Origin: Candidatus Obscuribacterales bacterium
GTDB lineage: Bacteria > Cyanobacteriota > Vampirovibrionia > Obscuribacterales > Obscuribacteraceae
Assembly (NCBI GenBank): GCA_965228855.1
Contig: CBDDIJ010000002.1
Coordinates: 928,001-992,000 of the forward strand
Length of the DNA stretch: 64,000 bases
Reading direction: 5' to 3'
Positions 30,275 through 40,876 of the stretch are shown here, piece by piece; position 1 is the first letter of the stretch, and each line of letters opens with the position of its first letter. The position numbers and the translations under genes are program-made. Below the pieces are notes generated by a model that saw only the letters and a program-made list of their open reading frames with translations, did not search any database and was not told where the DNA came from.

Positions 30275-30942
30275 TATTTGTGCTCATATCGCTAGCTTGC
30301 GCAGCATCGCTAATCTGACAATTACCGTTTCAGCTACAACCGTATTGCTTGGCAACCAGGGATATTGCTACTCTGAAGAGCCTTTTCACATCGCCTGCTC
30401 TGTTGGAAAACATACCCGGATCGTCCATTCCGACTATCATCTGAGAATCTTAGATAAAGCACGCGATGCATGAGGAAAGCCGTCTGCCAGTGATTTGTCG
30501 TCTTCGACGATGACTCACTGCGGCAAATCACACACTTCTCCTCTGGGAGATGGGCAAGCACCTACTGGGGAGCAGGTGGTCTTGCAGAGAAACTGTCGTA
30601 CGCGAAATGCTTCTGACTCTCTATCAGAGTGGCTTTGTTCGTTGAACGAGCGAGAAACATCTGCAGCTCAATTTAGATGACCTTACAGTCCTCGATCTGG
30701 CGCAAGCAGCCAATTGCGGACGGAGTCGAAATGTCTGTTTCGCCTCTTTATGCGGTCACATAGAACGATTCCCTCGCCGACCGGGAAGGCTGGGACTCAC
30801 CCTTGAACGCTTCGCCGTACTCCTCTTCCGACATTCGGATGGGTGTTCGTGCGAGCGCTCTTGCTGCTTTCGTTTTCCTCTTCCTGCAGCGCTTCGCTTG
30901 CTGGAAGTCTCTTCAACCCCAACCAAACTGAAGGAGCCAACC

Positions 30943-31305
30943 ATGGCGCGTTTCGACCAATTCCGCGGACTCAACGACTGGGCCCGCAAAACCGTTCTCA
31001 AGCGTGACAAGGTGCGTATCGTCGGCGAGATGATCTTCCAGGACGGGAAGCGCAAGCGCTTCTCGCGATGGGCGAAAGTTCCGGCGGCGCGCATCAAGGT
31101 CATCGGAACGATCGCGGGCGTCTGGAAGCCCTACGTCGCCGACCTGCACCGGTACACCATGCCGGACGGTCGCGTGTACGAGGAGTACGTCCAGTGCAGC
31201 CCGTGGTCGAGCGGTCCGGTCTACCACCTCGCGTTGAAAGACGTGAAGACCGGTCGCCCCGTGAGCCAGTCGCTCTGGACGGAGGATGAAATCGCCGACG
31301 CTTAA
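30943..31305 (+). CDS. Hypothetical protein
   Basis: ATG behind AAGGAG; strong codon bias. Confidence 0.7.
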   Translation: MARFDQFRGLNDWARKTVLKRDKVRIVGEMIFQDGKRKRFSRWAKVPAARIKVIGTIAGVWKPYVADLHRYTMPDGRVYEEYVQCSPWSSGPVYHLALKDVKTGRPVSQSLWTEDEIADA

Positions 31306-31405
31306 GGCGACTAATCCGCATCGGCGCGCAAGCTGCTGATGTAGTCCGGTAGACAGTTTCTCCAGAGGCAGCCCACAAGGCTGCCTCTGTCTTTCCCGAT
31401 TTTTA

Positions 31406-31937
31406 CTACTATAAATTTTGGTAGGCCTCTAAATCCCGAAATGACTCCTGGAGTGGGCTTTAGGGATTTGGCTTCTCCGGATTGACGCTGCGAACCACCG
31501 GTTTGGCGGCGTAGCATAGACGGATTTGCTGAAATCCGTCATTCCAGGATAGCCATACTTTTGCTACTATAAATGTTGGTAGTCTTCGAAATCCCGAAAT
31601 GACTCCTGGAGTGGGCTTTAGGGATTTGGCTTCTCCGGATTGACGCTGCGAACCATCGGTTTGGCGGCGTAGCATAGACGGATTTGCTGAAATCCGTCAT
31701 TCCAGGATAGCCAAACTGGATGGTTGTCGGCTGTCCAAGAGGTTGTGAATCCTGAGATGCACCACTGGATGAGCGATTGCGGCAGAGTGCTAATACCAAA
31801 TAGTCTAGTAGGCGGTTTCCTCGGTGTTCCAGGATAGCCAGACCGGACTTTGCCGGCTGTCCAAGAGGACGTAAATCCTGGAAAGCACTGCTATGAAAGG
31901 TTTTGCCGAGAGCTGTTGGTACTGTCGAATTTAGTAG
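31406..31937. repeat. Compound array of the dispersed repeat (158-bp and about 127-bp duplications)
   Basis: CTACTATAAA at 31406 and 31564; core TAGACGGATTTGCTGAAATCCGTCATTCCAGGATAGCCA twice; degenerate right ends TCTAGTAG (31804) and TTTAGTAG (31930). Confidence 0.9.
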
Positions 31938-31996
31938 CAAAACTTTCAGAAGTGAACTGGAAGGAGGGGGACCTTCCAGTTCACGAAAAACGGGTG

Positions 31997-32758
31997 TTAC
32001 TCGCCGCTACCGCCCAGGGCGATTTCGAGAGCCTTCAGCTTCGCTTCGGCCGGCTTGTAGTCGGTCGCGGCGAGGGCAGCCTCGGCGGCGGCGAAGTCGG
32101 CTTTCAGGTGCGGATGCGACTCGGCGACCAAAAGACCGGCGTGCTTGTTCAGAACGCTGGCCCGGTCCCAGTCGGAGAACTTCTTGGAGAAGATCGCCGA
32201 GAGTGCGTGCCGACCGTTGGAGAGTGCGGTGGCAGCGATTTTGTTGCGCTGGTCCTGGGTGAGACCGTCGGAGAGCGGTTTCTCGGTGACCGTCGCGGAC
32301 GCCTTCAGGATCTCGGAAAGACCAGTCAGGAAGGCGTCGAGCGTCGGACCATCGGTGTGCTGGTAGACGGTGGTCGTGTGCGGAGCGACAGCGGCGGTGA
32401 GCTCCCTGGCGAAACCGCCGATGACCAGCGCCTTGGCGATCGCATCTGCATCGTTCGCATCCCGAGCCAACTGGACGAGAAGCGCCGAGCTGCGTGCGAT
32501 CACCTGGACGTTGGTGTCGAGCTTGCCGAACAGACCATTGCCACGCATGACGGCGCGACGGGTTTCCACGGTAGCCTTGATCAAAACGCCGGTCACGGCT
32601 TCGGTGACCTTGGCGCGCAATTCGCTGTCCGTGGTCTTCGAAGCCGCCTGTACAGCCTGCTCGGCCCAGTTGCAAGCATTTCCGAGATCGCCGGACGACG
32701 CGGCGGAAGAAGTAGAAGAAATCATCGTGGACAGGCTGTCCTTGATAGAATTGCTCAT
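31997..32758 (-). CDS. Hypothetical Ala-rich helical protein
   Basis: ATG behind AGGAG; biased codon usage. Confidence 0.7.
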   Translation of the reverse strand: MSNSIKDSLSTMISSTSSAASSGDLGNACNWAEQAVQAASKTTDSELRAKVTEAVTGVLIKATVETRRAVMRGNGLFGKLDTNVQVIARSSALLVQLARDANDADAIAKALVIGGFARELTAAVAPHTTTVYQHTDGPTLDAFLTGLSEILKASATVTEKPLSDGLTQDQRNKIAATALSNGRHALSAIFSKKFSDWDRASVLNKHAGLLVAESHPHLKADFAAAEAALAATDYKPAEAKLKALEIALGGSGE

Positions 32759-33068
32759 ATCAGTCTCCTGAGATGTGGTTTCGGTTCGCAGCACGGGGAG
32801 TGCGCGGACGATTCGTGGGGGAGTGAGATAAGACGGGTTGAAGCGGTTTGAGGTCTGTAGGGAAGGGTGAGAAACGTTGTGACGGTAACAAACACCAGAT
32901 CTCGATTCCTATAGTCATTAAGCTCACTAAGTACAAGTAATCTAAGCCAAGTTATCTCAGGAGCCCGGTTTGAACGGCCGACAGATGGCCGAAAGCACCG
33001 GCAGTGTTTGGTTCACCACCGATGCATTCGCGCGGATTGTGAGCGATTTCTTCGCTTGTGAAGCTGAG

Positions 33069-34319
33069 CTAGCCCTTCACGCAAACGATTTGACGCAGCT
33101 CATAAACAACGTCTACGAGGTCTTTCTGCGCTTCCATCACTTTGTCGATCGGTTTGTACGCGGACGGAGTTTCATCGATGACGTCTTTGTCTTTGCGGCA
33201 TTCGATGCCCTTTGTCGCCTTTACGTGGTCGTCGATAGTGAACCGACGTTTCGCTTCTTCTCGCGACATCGCCCGACCTGCGCCGTGCGAGCAGCTATGG
33301 AAGCTCTCGTGGTTTCCCTTGCCTCGCACGATGTACGATCTCGCGCCCATCGAACCGGGGATGATGCCCATGTCACCCTCTCTTGCACGCACGGCGCCTT
33401 TTCGAGTGACAAAAACATTCTCGCCGTAATGCTGCTCAATGGAGACGTAGTTGTGGTGGCAGTTTATAACCTCCAGACCGACTTCGAATTCCGGCAAGCC
33501 GCATCGTCTTGCCGCTTCGATCACGGCGTCCAGCATTAATTTGCGATTGGTCATCGCAAAATCTTGAGCCCAGTGGACGGCTTCCACGTATTCATCGAAG
33601 TGCTCGGTGCCTTCCGGCAGATAGGCAAGGTTTTGGTCCTTCAGGTTGATAAACCACTTTTGCATATCCTTCTTCGCCATCTCGATGAAGTAAGTGCCGA
33701 TGCGGTTTCCCACGCCTCGTGAGCCGGAATGCAGCATGAACCAAACGCGATTTTCACTGTCCAGGCAGACTTCGATGAAGTGGTTGCCTGTTCCGAGTGT
33801 CGACAAATGATTGACGTGGTTGCCGCGGTCCAGCTTGGGATGGCGTGCCAAAATTCGGTCGTAACCTGCTTTCAGTTTTGCCCATTCGGCTTCGACCGGT
33901 CTCGGTGCGTCCCGCCAGGCGCCGCGATCGCCAGGTCCGCCATTGTTTGTTCGACCGTGCGGAACGGCCGCTTCGATTTTTGCTCGCAGTTTGCCCAGGT
34001 CATCCGGCAGTTGATCAGCCTTAAGACTGGTTCTAACCGCGACCATGCCGCAACCGATGTCGACGCCCACAGCCGCCGGAATGATTGCTTTCTTTGTCGC
34101 TATGACACTGCCGACGGTGGCGCCCATGCCCCAGTGTACATCCGGCATCGCCGCTATCCACTTGTACACGAACGGCATGACGGCTATGTTTGCCAGCTGT
34201 TGCGCAGCCGGATCTTCCAACGCGACTCCGCGAGTCCACAGTTTGACGGGCACGCCGCCTTTAGTGCTCAAAACGTTGTAGTTCCGGTCTTTCGCTTCGT
34301 TTACTGTGTACTCCGCCAT
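33069..34319 (-). CDS. rtcB: RNA 3'-phosphate/5'-OH ligase RtcB
   Basis: MPDVH, VGVDIGCG, TLGTGNHF, HSGSRG, HHNY, PGSMG, SHGAGR, DETP.AYK. Confidence 0.96.
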   Translation of the reverse strand: MAEYTVNEAKDRNYNVLSTKGGVPVKLWTRGVALEDPAAQQLANIAVMPFVYKWIAAMPDVHWGMGATVGSVIATKKAIIPAAVGVDIGCGMVAVRTSLKADQLPDDLGKLRAKIEAAVPHGRTNNGGPGDRGAWRDAPRPVEAEWAKLKAGYDRILARHPKLDRGNHVNHLSTLGTGNHFIEVCLDSENRVWFMLHSGSRGVGNRIGTYFIEMAKKDMQKWFINLKDQNLAYLPEGTEHFDEYVEAVHWAQDFAMTNRKLMLDAVIEAARRCGLPEFEVGLEVINCHHNYVSIEQHYGENVFVTRKGAVRAREGDMGIIPGSMGARSYIVRGKGNHESFHSCSHGAGRAMSREEAKRRFTIDDHVKATKGIECRKDKDVIDETPSAYKPIDKVMEAQKDLVDVVYELRQIVCVKG

Positions 34320-34481
34320 GATTCCTCCTCGAGGCATTAGTTCGAGCGCCAGGCCAGGCATTCGGTTCGCACAGAAGCCCTTTATCGACTTGCACTGTTT
34401 ATTTCATGCGAACAGACGCTCGTTGCACAATCTGAGTAAACCACAACGACAACAGTTATCTATGTTTGTTTACCGAACTCT

Positions 34482-35879
34482 CTAGCTCTGGAAACCAAAC
34501 AGCCGCAATGCCGCTGCCAGCGGCTTGTCGCGATACACAGCCGTGTCATCCGGAGATTCAGTAACCGCGATGTCTGGTTCGATTCCCTCGCCACTCGCGT
34601 GCGTGCCTTCGTACCCGTTTTTCCCTCTGCCAAGAAAGCGCCCGCCTGGCGTGAGGTAGTGAACGCACGTCACCGTGAGCACCGTTCCATTCGCTATCGG
34701 AATCCCGGCTTGAGCAACTCCTTTCCCGAACGAGCGAGAACCGATTGTCACTCCGCGGTTGTTGTCGGTGAGCGCCGCTGCGAGCATCTCGGATGCGCTG
34801 GCGCTATCTTCGTTTATCAAAATAGCCAGAGGACGTTTGCCTGCGATCGGTCGCAAGCGTGGCAGCTCCTTGCGTTCCACAACGGCGCCTTCGGCATTCG
34901 TTTTCTTTAACTCAATGCAGTCTGCGCGAGCAATGTACGAGTTCATCGTATGACCGCCGCCAACTTCTCTGACTTTGAGCGTCACAAGCGGACCTTCGTC
35001 GATAAACGCCGTCGCCAGTTTTAAACATTCGTCGACGCTGCCGCCTGGATTGTTTCTCAAGTCGATGACGATAGCCTGGCGGTGAGCGGTTCTCTTGAGC
35101 AAAGCCATTGCTCGGTCTGCGGTGTTTTTCTTCATGAAGTTGCGAATGACGATATGAGCAACGCGTCTGTCGGATGGCTTCAGCTCTACGTCTTTGCGGA
35201 TAACTGTCAGCGGTTTAAGCACAAGCGAAAGTTTTGAGTCGCCACGTTCAACCACCACCGATGTCGGCTGGTTTTCTCTCTTTCCGACGATTTCGCGAAG
35301 TTTCTCAACCGTCAGGTCGGAGCCCTTATGACCGTCGATGCTCAGAATTTTGTCGCCCTGCCTCAGCCCTGCTTTCAGAGCGGGTCCGTCCGGCATCAGC
35401 CCCTTCACTGCAAGAAACCGTTTGCCGTTGAATGCCGATTTAACCTGCTCCAGAAATACTCCTAAGCCAACGAATTTCTCGTTCTGTAGACGAGCAATCC
35501 TGTCCAGCTCGTCCTTGCTGTGGAGCGCTGTGTACGGGTCTCCCAGCGTCTTCAGCATTTTGTTGGCGTAAAGAACGGCATCGGCGTCCGTTTTGATCTT
35601 GTTGTCAAAACAATGTTCAAACCGCGTCCATTCTCGCAACTGTTCCTTATCAAAAAAATTGTCGCGCGCGGTCTGCCAGGTCCTGTGATAAACCTCTACC
35701 GGACTCGCGTACATCAAGTTGTACCAGAACCAGCCGATATAGCCGGCTGCTACTACCAGCGATACCATCATGGCCGTGAAGACTTTCCTGGAGTCGAAGT
35801 TTCGCTTGAACAGCGGTTTACTTGAACCGCTCATGTCGATGTACGAAGTCTCGGTCATTTCTTCGCTCCTGCCGCTCAT
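34482..35879 (-). CDS. S41 family C-terminal processing protease with PDZ domain
   Basis: LGDPYT, PDZ (GPA.KAGLRQGD), DLRNNPGG, SASASE, SFGKG. Confidence 0.92.
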   Translation of the reverse strand: MSGRSEEMTETSYIDMSGSSKPLFKRNFDSRKVFTAMMVSLVVAAGYIGWFWYNLMYASPVEVYHRTWQTARDNFFDKEQLREWTRFEHCFDNKIKTDADAVLYANKMLKTLGDPYTALHSKDELDRIARLQNEKFVGLGVFLEQVKSAFNGKRFLAVKGLMPDGPALKAGLRQGDKILSIDGHKGSDLTVEKLREIVGKRENQPTSVVVERGDSKLSLVLKPLTVIRKDVELKPSDRRVAHIVIRNFMKKNTADRAMALLKRTAHRQAIVIDLRNNPGGSVDECLKLATAFIDEGPLVTLKVREVGGGHTMNSYIARADCIELKKTNAEGAVVERKELPRLRPIAGKRPLAILINEDSASASEMLAAALTDNNRGVTIGSRSFGKGVAQAGIPIANGTVLTVTCVHYLTPGGRFLGRGKNGYEGTHASGEGIEPDIAVTESPDDTAVYRDKPLAAALRLFGFQS

Positions 35880-35988
35880 TAACTATCTAGCTCGAACGGC
35901 TGTTCGAGAAGAAGTGACTTAAGTCATGTTGTTGAAAACGTGAGTCACTTATTAGCTTTTATGCAAAACAGGAGAAGGATTCTTCGTC

Positions 35989-37119
35989 TTATGCGATTGG
36001 CTCGTTAAGCCTTATTACCCACTTAGCGACGCTAGCGAGGTAGCTGGACTTTGTTAGCGCTAACTTCTGCGAGCACGGGAAAAGCAGCTCGAAGCCTTTG
36101 ATTCGCTCCGTAAGTGCTTGCTCTGCGGAGGTGACGGCGTGGAAATTCGGGTCGCCTATGTCTTTGGGATTCCAGAAGACATCAGGCTTAAACCCATATG
36201 CGAGCGTTTCCATATCGATGCGCATCGGTTTATTGGAAAACTTGTCGAGGCTCTTTTCGTAAGTCTCCAACAGCGTTTCCAGTTTAGCCGCTACTATCAT
36301 GGGTATGCATGTTGGATCGAGCAAAGCTCTCGCTTCATGCCCCTCGCCTGTGTGCCCGCGGGTCGAAAAGTAATAAGACAGCTGGGTGAGTTCCTCTCGC
36401 GCCCTCTTGCCGCCGATCAGACCCTGTTCAAGGTCGTGAACGGACTTTGGTGTCATTTGAGCGTATCCCAACGGTTCTAGACTTTGCGCGCCGATCTCTT
36501 TTTCCCTCGCCTCCGCGTCGCGCTTTATGAGTTTTGGCGAATAATTATGAATTTCGTTCAGAACCAGCGCCTTCATGAGCACGGAGGCGTCCTTGAGAGA
36601 CAGACCTTCGCGCATTCTCGGATAAGACAGGTACGCGTTCTTCCAGACCTTTGAACTGGCCTGCGCACACTTTGACAGATGGGAAAATTCAATGCCTCTG
36701 TACGGAAAGTTCTCCTTGTCCGCGCGCCTGGTGGCCGGTCGAGGAGTCGAGCCGCACGCGCCATCTTCGTTTACTTCCGACTCCGAGAACGCTGCCGAAT
36801 GCTCCTGCGCCTCCTGCTGCCACTCGCGAAACTTCCTTTCCATGTACTCGTTGGAGTGGTCCAGCTGAAGCGCGTCACGCAGCTCCGCTGGCAAGTCGGA
36901 GCTGTTTATCGCCTGAAGACCTTCAGCGTAAGAGGGGCGCAGGTCGTGCTTGATGCGTTTTCTCTTTTCGTCGCCGGGTCTGCGAGCTTTGTCGTTGGCT
37001 GGTTCTGCGCTGTTTTCTTCGGTCATTTTCGGATAGCGTTTTCCACTGACGAGGCTATTATTCCCGGTCTTTCGGAAACCGCCGAGCTTGATATTGTCAA
37101 GCGCGACGAGTGTTTCCAA
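35989..37119 (-). CDS. Hypothetical protein
   Basis: 376-aa ORF; start uncertain; no family recognised. Confidence 0.6.
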   Translation of the reverse strand: METLVALDNIKLGGFRKTGNNSLVSGKRYPKMTEENSAEPANDKARRPGDEKRKRIKHDLRPSYAEGLQAINSSDLPAELRDALQLDHSNEYMERKFREWQQEAQEHSAAFSESEVNEDGACGSTPRPATRRADKENFPYRGIEFSHLSKCAQASSKVWKNAYLSYPRMREGLSLKDASVLMKALVLNEIHNYSPKLIKRDAEAREKEIGAQSLEPLGYAQMTPKSVHDLEQGLIGGKRAREELTQLSYYFSTRGHTGEGHEARALLDPTCIPMIVAAKLETLLETYEKSLDKFSNKPMRIDMETLAYGFKPDVFWNPKDIGDPNFHAVTSAEQALTERIKGFELLFPCSQKLALTKSSYLASVAKWVIRLNEPIA

Positions 37120-37269
37120 TACCTAAAAAGTACGTCTATTCATTACGAGCAGGCACCGATTGCGATAAACTCTTGTGCTGTGCAAATATGAGCCTCGTTC
37201 CCTCAAGGATGAAAGGCTTATTGCGGCGCCTGCCGTAACGCATCACTCCTGCACCACGAGGAACTGGCA

Positions 37270-37452
37270 ATGTTGAAATCCGACGCAGAAAGAGCGATCA
37301 GAAAAGCAATCGAAGAAAACGAAGCTGAATTCACCGAAGAGCAAATCAAGGCTTTGAGCGCCATGATTCTCAAAATTTCGTCGACCATCGTCGAAGAAGC
37401 GTTCGCGAGCTGGAAGCCTGGTTCTGGCGGCAGACCGCAATTCTTTGCGTAG
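37270..37452 (+). CDS. Small hypothetical protein
   Basis: 60 aa, GAGGA RBS, stop codon 6 bp before the amidohydrolase start. Confidence 0.6.
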   Translation: MLKSDAERAIRKAIEENEAEFTEEQIKALSAMILKISSTIVEEAFASWKPGSGGRPQFFA

Positions 37453-37458
37453 AGCGCC

Positions 37459-38646
37459 ATGACTACTCAAGCGACAATGCTCGATAGCGCACGAAAGCTG
37501 CAAAAGGAAATCGTCGAAATTCGGCGCCATATTCACGAGCATCCAGAGCTCAGTTTTTTGGAAACCGAAACCGCTAAACTCGCCGCCGCCAGGCTTCAGG
37601 ACATGGGCTACAAGGTTCGCGAGCGGGTTGGTAAAACGGGTGTGACGGCAGATTTCGGCAATGGAACCATGATTGCCATCCGTGCAGACATGGATGGGTT
37701 GCCGATCGAGGAGACAAATGCTGTTGGTTACCGCTCGAAGAACGTCGGCGTGATGCATGCCTGCGGGCATGATGCACACGTCAGTTGCGCGTTGGCCGCT
37801 GCGAAGATCTTGAGCGCGGAAAAACTCAACGGCTCGATTCGCATGCTAATGCAGCCTGCAGAAGAGTATGGCGATGAGGAAGGCGTCTCCGGCGCTGTGC
37901 GCATGATGGAAGACGGCGCGCTCGAGGGCGTCACCGCCTGTATCGGGCAGCATATCGATGCCAGTCTTCCAGCAGGAAAGGTCGGAATTTTGCACGGTCC
38001 GGTAATGGCCGCCGTCGATGGATTCTCGCTGGTGATCAAGGGCAAGGGCGGACACGGTGCGTATCCGGAAACATGTGTCGATCCAATTGTAATAGCATCG
38101 CAGGTGGTGCAAGCAATTCAGCAGGTCGTGTCGCGACGCGTTTCCGCGTTGGATCCTGCTGTGATTACAGTCGGCGCATTTCACAGTTCCAGCACTAGAG
38201 GTAACGTTATCTCCGAAGACGTTCGCATTGAAGGGACGATCAGGAGTTTCAACGAGGATGTGCGGGCGCATTTGAAGGTGGAACTCGAGCGCGCCTGCCG
38301 GGTGGCCTGCGCACTGGGCGGCGACTATGTTTTGAAATACGAGCAGGGTTATCCGGCAACCGTTAATGACTCTGAAATCGTTGATGTGATGCGAGCCGCA
38401 GCGATCGACCTGATCGGCGCTGACAATGTCGTCGACATAAGACCTAAAACCTGGAGCGAAGACTTCGCGTTTTTCGGCGAGAAGGTTCCAAGCGCATTCA
38501 TGTTTCTCGGTGCCGAGATAGCAGGCGATAGGCGCAGCCACCATAGTCCGACGTTCGATATAGATGAATCCGGACTATATGTTGGAACGGCGATTTTGGC
38601 TGAAACAGCCAAGCGCTTGATTCATCACTTCGACGCTAAGAAGTAG
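37459..38646 (+). CDS. M20D family amidohydrolase
   Basis: HEHPELSF.E, RADMD.LP, MHACGHD, QPAEE, GKGGH, SEDF, HHSP.F. Confidence 0.93.
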   Translation: MTTQATMLDSARKLQKEIVEIRRHIHEHPELSFLETETAKLAAARLQDMGYKVRERVGKTGVTADFGNGTMIAIRADMDGLPIEETNAVGYRSKNVGVMHACGHDAHVSCALAAAKILSAEKLNGSIRMLMQPAEEYGDEEGVSGAVRMMEDGALEGVTACIGQHIDASLPAGKVGILHGPVMAAVDGFSLVIKGKGGHGAYPETCVDPIVIASQVVQAIQQVVSRRVSALDPAVITVGAFHSSSTRGNVISEDVRIEGTIRSFNEDVRAHLKVELERACRVACALGGDYVLKYEQGYPATVNDSEIVDVMRAAAIDLIGADNVVDIRPKTWSEDFAFFGEKVPSAFMFLGAEIAGDRRSHHSPTFDIDESGLYVGTAILAETAKRLIHHFDAKK

Positions 38647-38662
38647 AGACGAAAGGAATTTT

Positions 38663-39859
38663 GTGAATAGAAACCTTGATAGGTGCCAGCCTTATCCGTT
38701 CGAAAAGCTTGCTGAACTGCTGGCTGATACCCGTCCTGATGAAACTAAGTCGCCTATCAAGTGGTCCATTGGTGAGCCCGCTCATGCCTCGCCCGAGTTC
38801 GTGAAAGAGGCTTTGAGAAACAGTCTCGACGGTTTGAGCAAGTATCCGGTGACCATTGGTTCTCCTGAATTGCGGACGGCGATCGCAAACTGGTTGACGA
38901 CCAGATTCGCTCTGCCGGCTGGTTCTCTGGACCCGGAGAAAAACGTTTTGCCGGTCTCCGGCACGCGCGAAGCGCTGTTTTCATTTGCTCAGAGCGTAGT
39001 GAACGCCGCAGCTGATGCGCTGATTCTTATGCCCAATCCGTTCTATCAAATCTACGAAGGTGCTGCGTTTCTCGCCGACTGCGATCCGTTCTTCTTAAAC
39101 CTTACTGCTGAAAACGGCTTCCAGCCCAATTTTAAGGCTGTCGACCCGTCTGTCTGGATGCGCTGCCAGCTGCTCTATGTGTGCTCACCGTCTAATCCGA
39201 CCGGCGCTTGTCTGAGCATGGAAAAGTGGCATGAGCTCCTGGCAATAGCTGAGAAGCATGATTTCGTCATTGCTTCTGATGAGTGTTATTCCGAGATTTA
39301 TTTCGATGAGACTAAACCACCCGTGGGCTTGTTGGAAGCCGCCAACGACTATGGGCTCAGTGACTTCAAGGGATGTGTAGTGTTTCACAGTCTGTCGAAA
39401 CGCTCGAATTTGCCTGGTTTGCGTTCAGGTTTTGTTGCCGGCGACGCGAAGATCCTCGACAAATATCGCCTCTACCGCACTTATCACGGTTGCGCGTTGC
39501 CGCCGCCGACCCAGGTTGCGAGCACCGTGGCCTGGCAAGATGAAGAGCACGTCAAAGAAAATCGGAAGTTATACCGAGCGAAATTTGACGCCGTTCTCGA
39601 TATCTTGCAACCGGTCATGGATGTTCAAAAGCCGCAGGCCGGGTTTTACCTCTGGCCGCATGTGCCGATTGACGATAAACTTTTCGCCAGGCGTTTATAC
39701 GCTGAAGAAAACCTTGTTGTACTGCCGGGCTCGTATATCTCTCGTGTTAATGAGGGTGTTGACCCCGGTGCTCAAAGGGTGCGAATGGCGCTTGTTGCAC
39801 CGTTTGACGAGTGTGTCGAGGGCGCCAAGCGTATGGCGAGTTTGATGAAGCGTTTGTAG
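38663..39859 (+). CDS. dapC: Succinyldiaminopimelate transaminase
   Basis: QPYPFEKL, SIGEP, GTREALF, PNPFYQIYEGAA, SDECYSE, SLSKRSN.PGLRSG; adjacent to dapD. Confidence 0.9.
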   Translation: MNRNLDRCQPYPFEKLAELLADTRPDETKSPIKWSIGEPAHASPEFVKEALRNSLDGLSKYPVTIGSPELRTAIANWLTTRFALPAGSLDPEKNVLPVSGTREALFSFAQSVVNAAADALILMPNPFYQIYEGAAFLADCDPFFLNLTAENGFQPNFKAVDPSVWMRCQLLYVCSPSNPTGACLSMEKWHELLAIAEKHDFVIASDECYSEIYFDETKPPVGLLEAANDYGLSDFKGCVVFHSLSKRSNLPGLRSGFVAGDAKILDKYRLYRTYHGCALPPPTQVASTVAWQDEEHVKENRKLYRAKFDAVLDILQPVMDVQKPQAGFYLWPHVPIDDKLFARRLYAEENLVVLPGSYISRVNEGVDPGAQRVRMALVAPFDECVEGAKRMASLMKRL

Positions 39860-39945
39860 ATTCTTTAGTTGAAATGGAAGAACGAATGCAGGTTTGAAAC
39901 GAAAGGCCTTGAGCCGGTTTAAGCGAACAAGACTGAGGAGAAACC

Positions 39946-40767
39946 ATGTCCGACATACAATCAATCATCGAGGAAGCTTTTGAGAACCGTGCTGATATCA
40001 AGCCGGGAACTGCTGACCGTAAAGTGCAAGAGGCTGTTGCCGAGGCTCTGGACCTGCTTGATGGCGGCAAGGCAAGAGTCGCCGAAAAAATCGATGGTCA
40101 GTGGCGGGTGAATGAGTGGTTGAAGAAGGCGGTTTTATTGTCGTTCCGCCTGGAAGATAATACGATCATGCCGGGCGGCTATACTTCCTACTGGGACAAG
40201 GTGCCAAGCAAGTTTGCTGGATACACGGAACGCGATTTTAAGGCGGGCGGCTTTCGAATTGTGCCACCGGCAGCGGTGCGTCGTGGTTCCTTTATCGCAT
40301 CGGACGTTGTGGTGATGCCGTCGTTCATCAACATCGGCGCGTATGTCGATAGCGGCACCATGGTTGACACCTGGGCGACCGTCGGCAGTTGCGCGCAGAT
40401 AGGGAAGAACGTGCACTTGTCTGGTGGTGCCGGTATCGGCGGGGTGCTGGAACCATTGCAAGCCAGTCCGACGATCATCGAGGACAACTGCTTCATTGGC
40501 GCCCGTTCGGAAGTCGTCGAAGGCGTAGTCGTCGAAGAAGGCTCCGTGATTTCAATGGGCGTCTTCCTGGGGCAGAGCACGCGGATCTTCAATCGCGAAA
40601 CCGGCGAAGTCACTTATGGACGAATTCCAGCAGGTTCCGTCGTGGTATCGGGCAGTTTGCCGAGTTCCGATGGTTCGTGCAGCCTCTATTGCGCGGTTAT
40701 TGTGAAACAGGTCGACGCGAAGACGCGCAGCAAGGTTAGTTTAAACGAACTGCTGCGAACGCCTTAG
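39946..40767 (+). CDS. dapD: Tetrahydrodipicolinate N-succinyltransferase
   Basis: [40 protein letters not shown]. Confidence 0.97.
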   Translation: MSDIQSIIEEAFENRADIKPGTADRKVQEAVAEALDLLDGGKARVAEKIDGQWRVNEWLKKAVLLSFRLEDNTIMPGGYTSYWDKVPSKFAGYTERDFKAGGFRIVPPAAVRRGSFIASDVVVMPSFINIGAYVDSGTMVDTWATVGSCAQIGKNVHLSGGAGIGGVLEPLQASPTIIEDNCFIGARSEVVEGVVVEEGSVISMGVFLGQSTRIFNRETGEVTYGRIPAGSVVVSGSLPSSDGSCSLYCAVIVKQVDAKTRSKVSLNELLRTP

Positions 40768-40876
40768 TTGAAACTATTACTGGGTAGCTGGAAGTGCAGC
40801 TGTTTTCATGCGAATGCCTGAGCTTGGAACCAGCACCTGATCAACTGGAAGCGCATCTGTTTTCAAAAGGAAAAGT

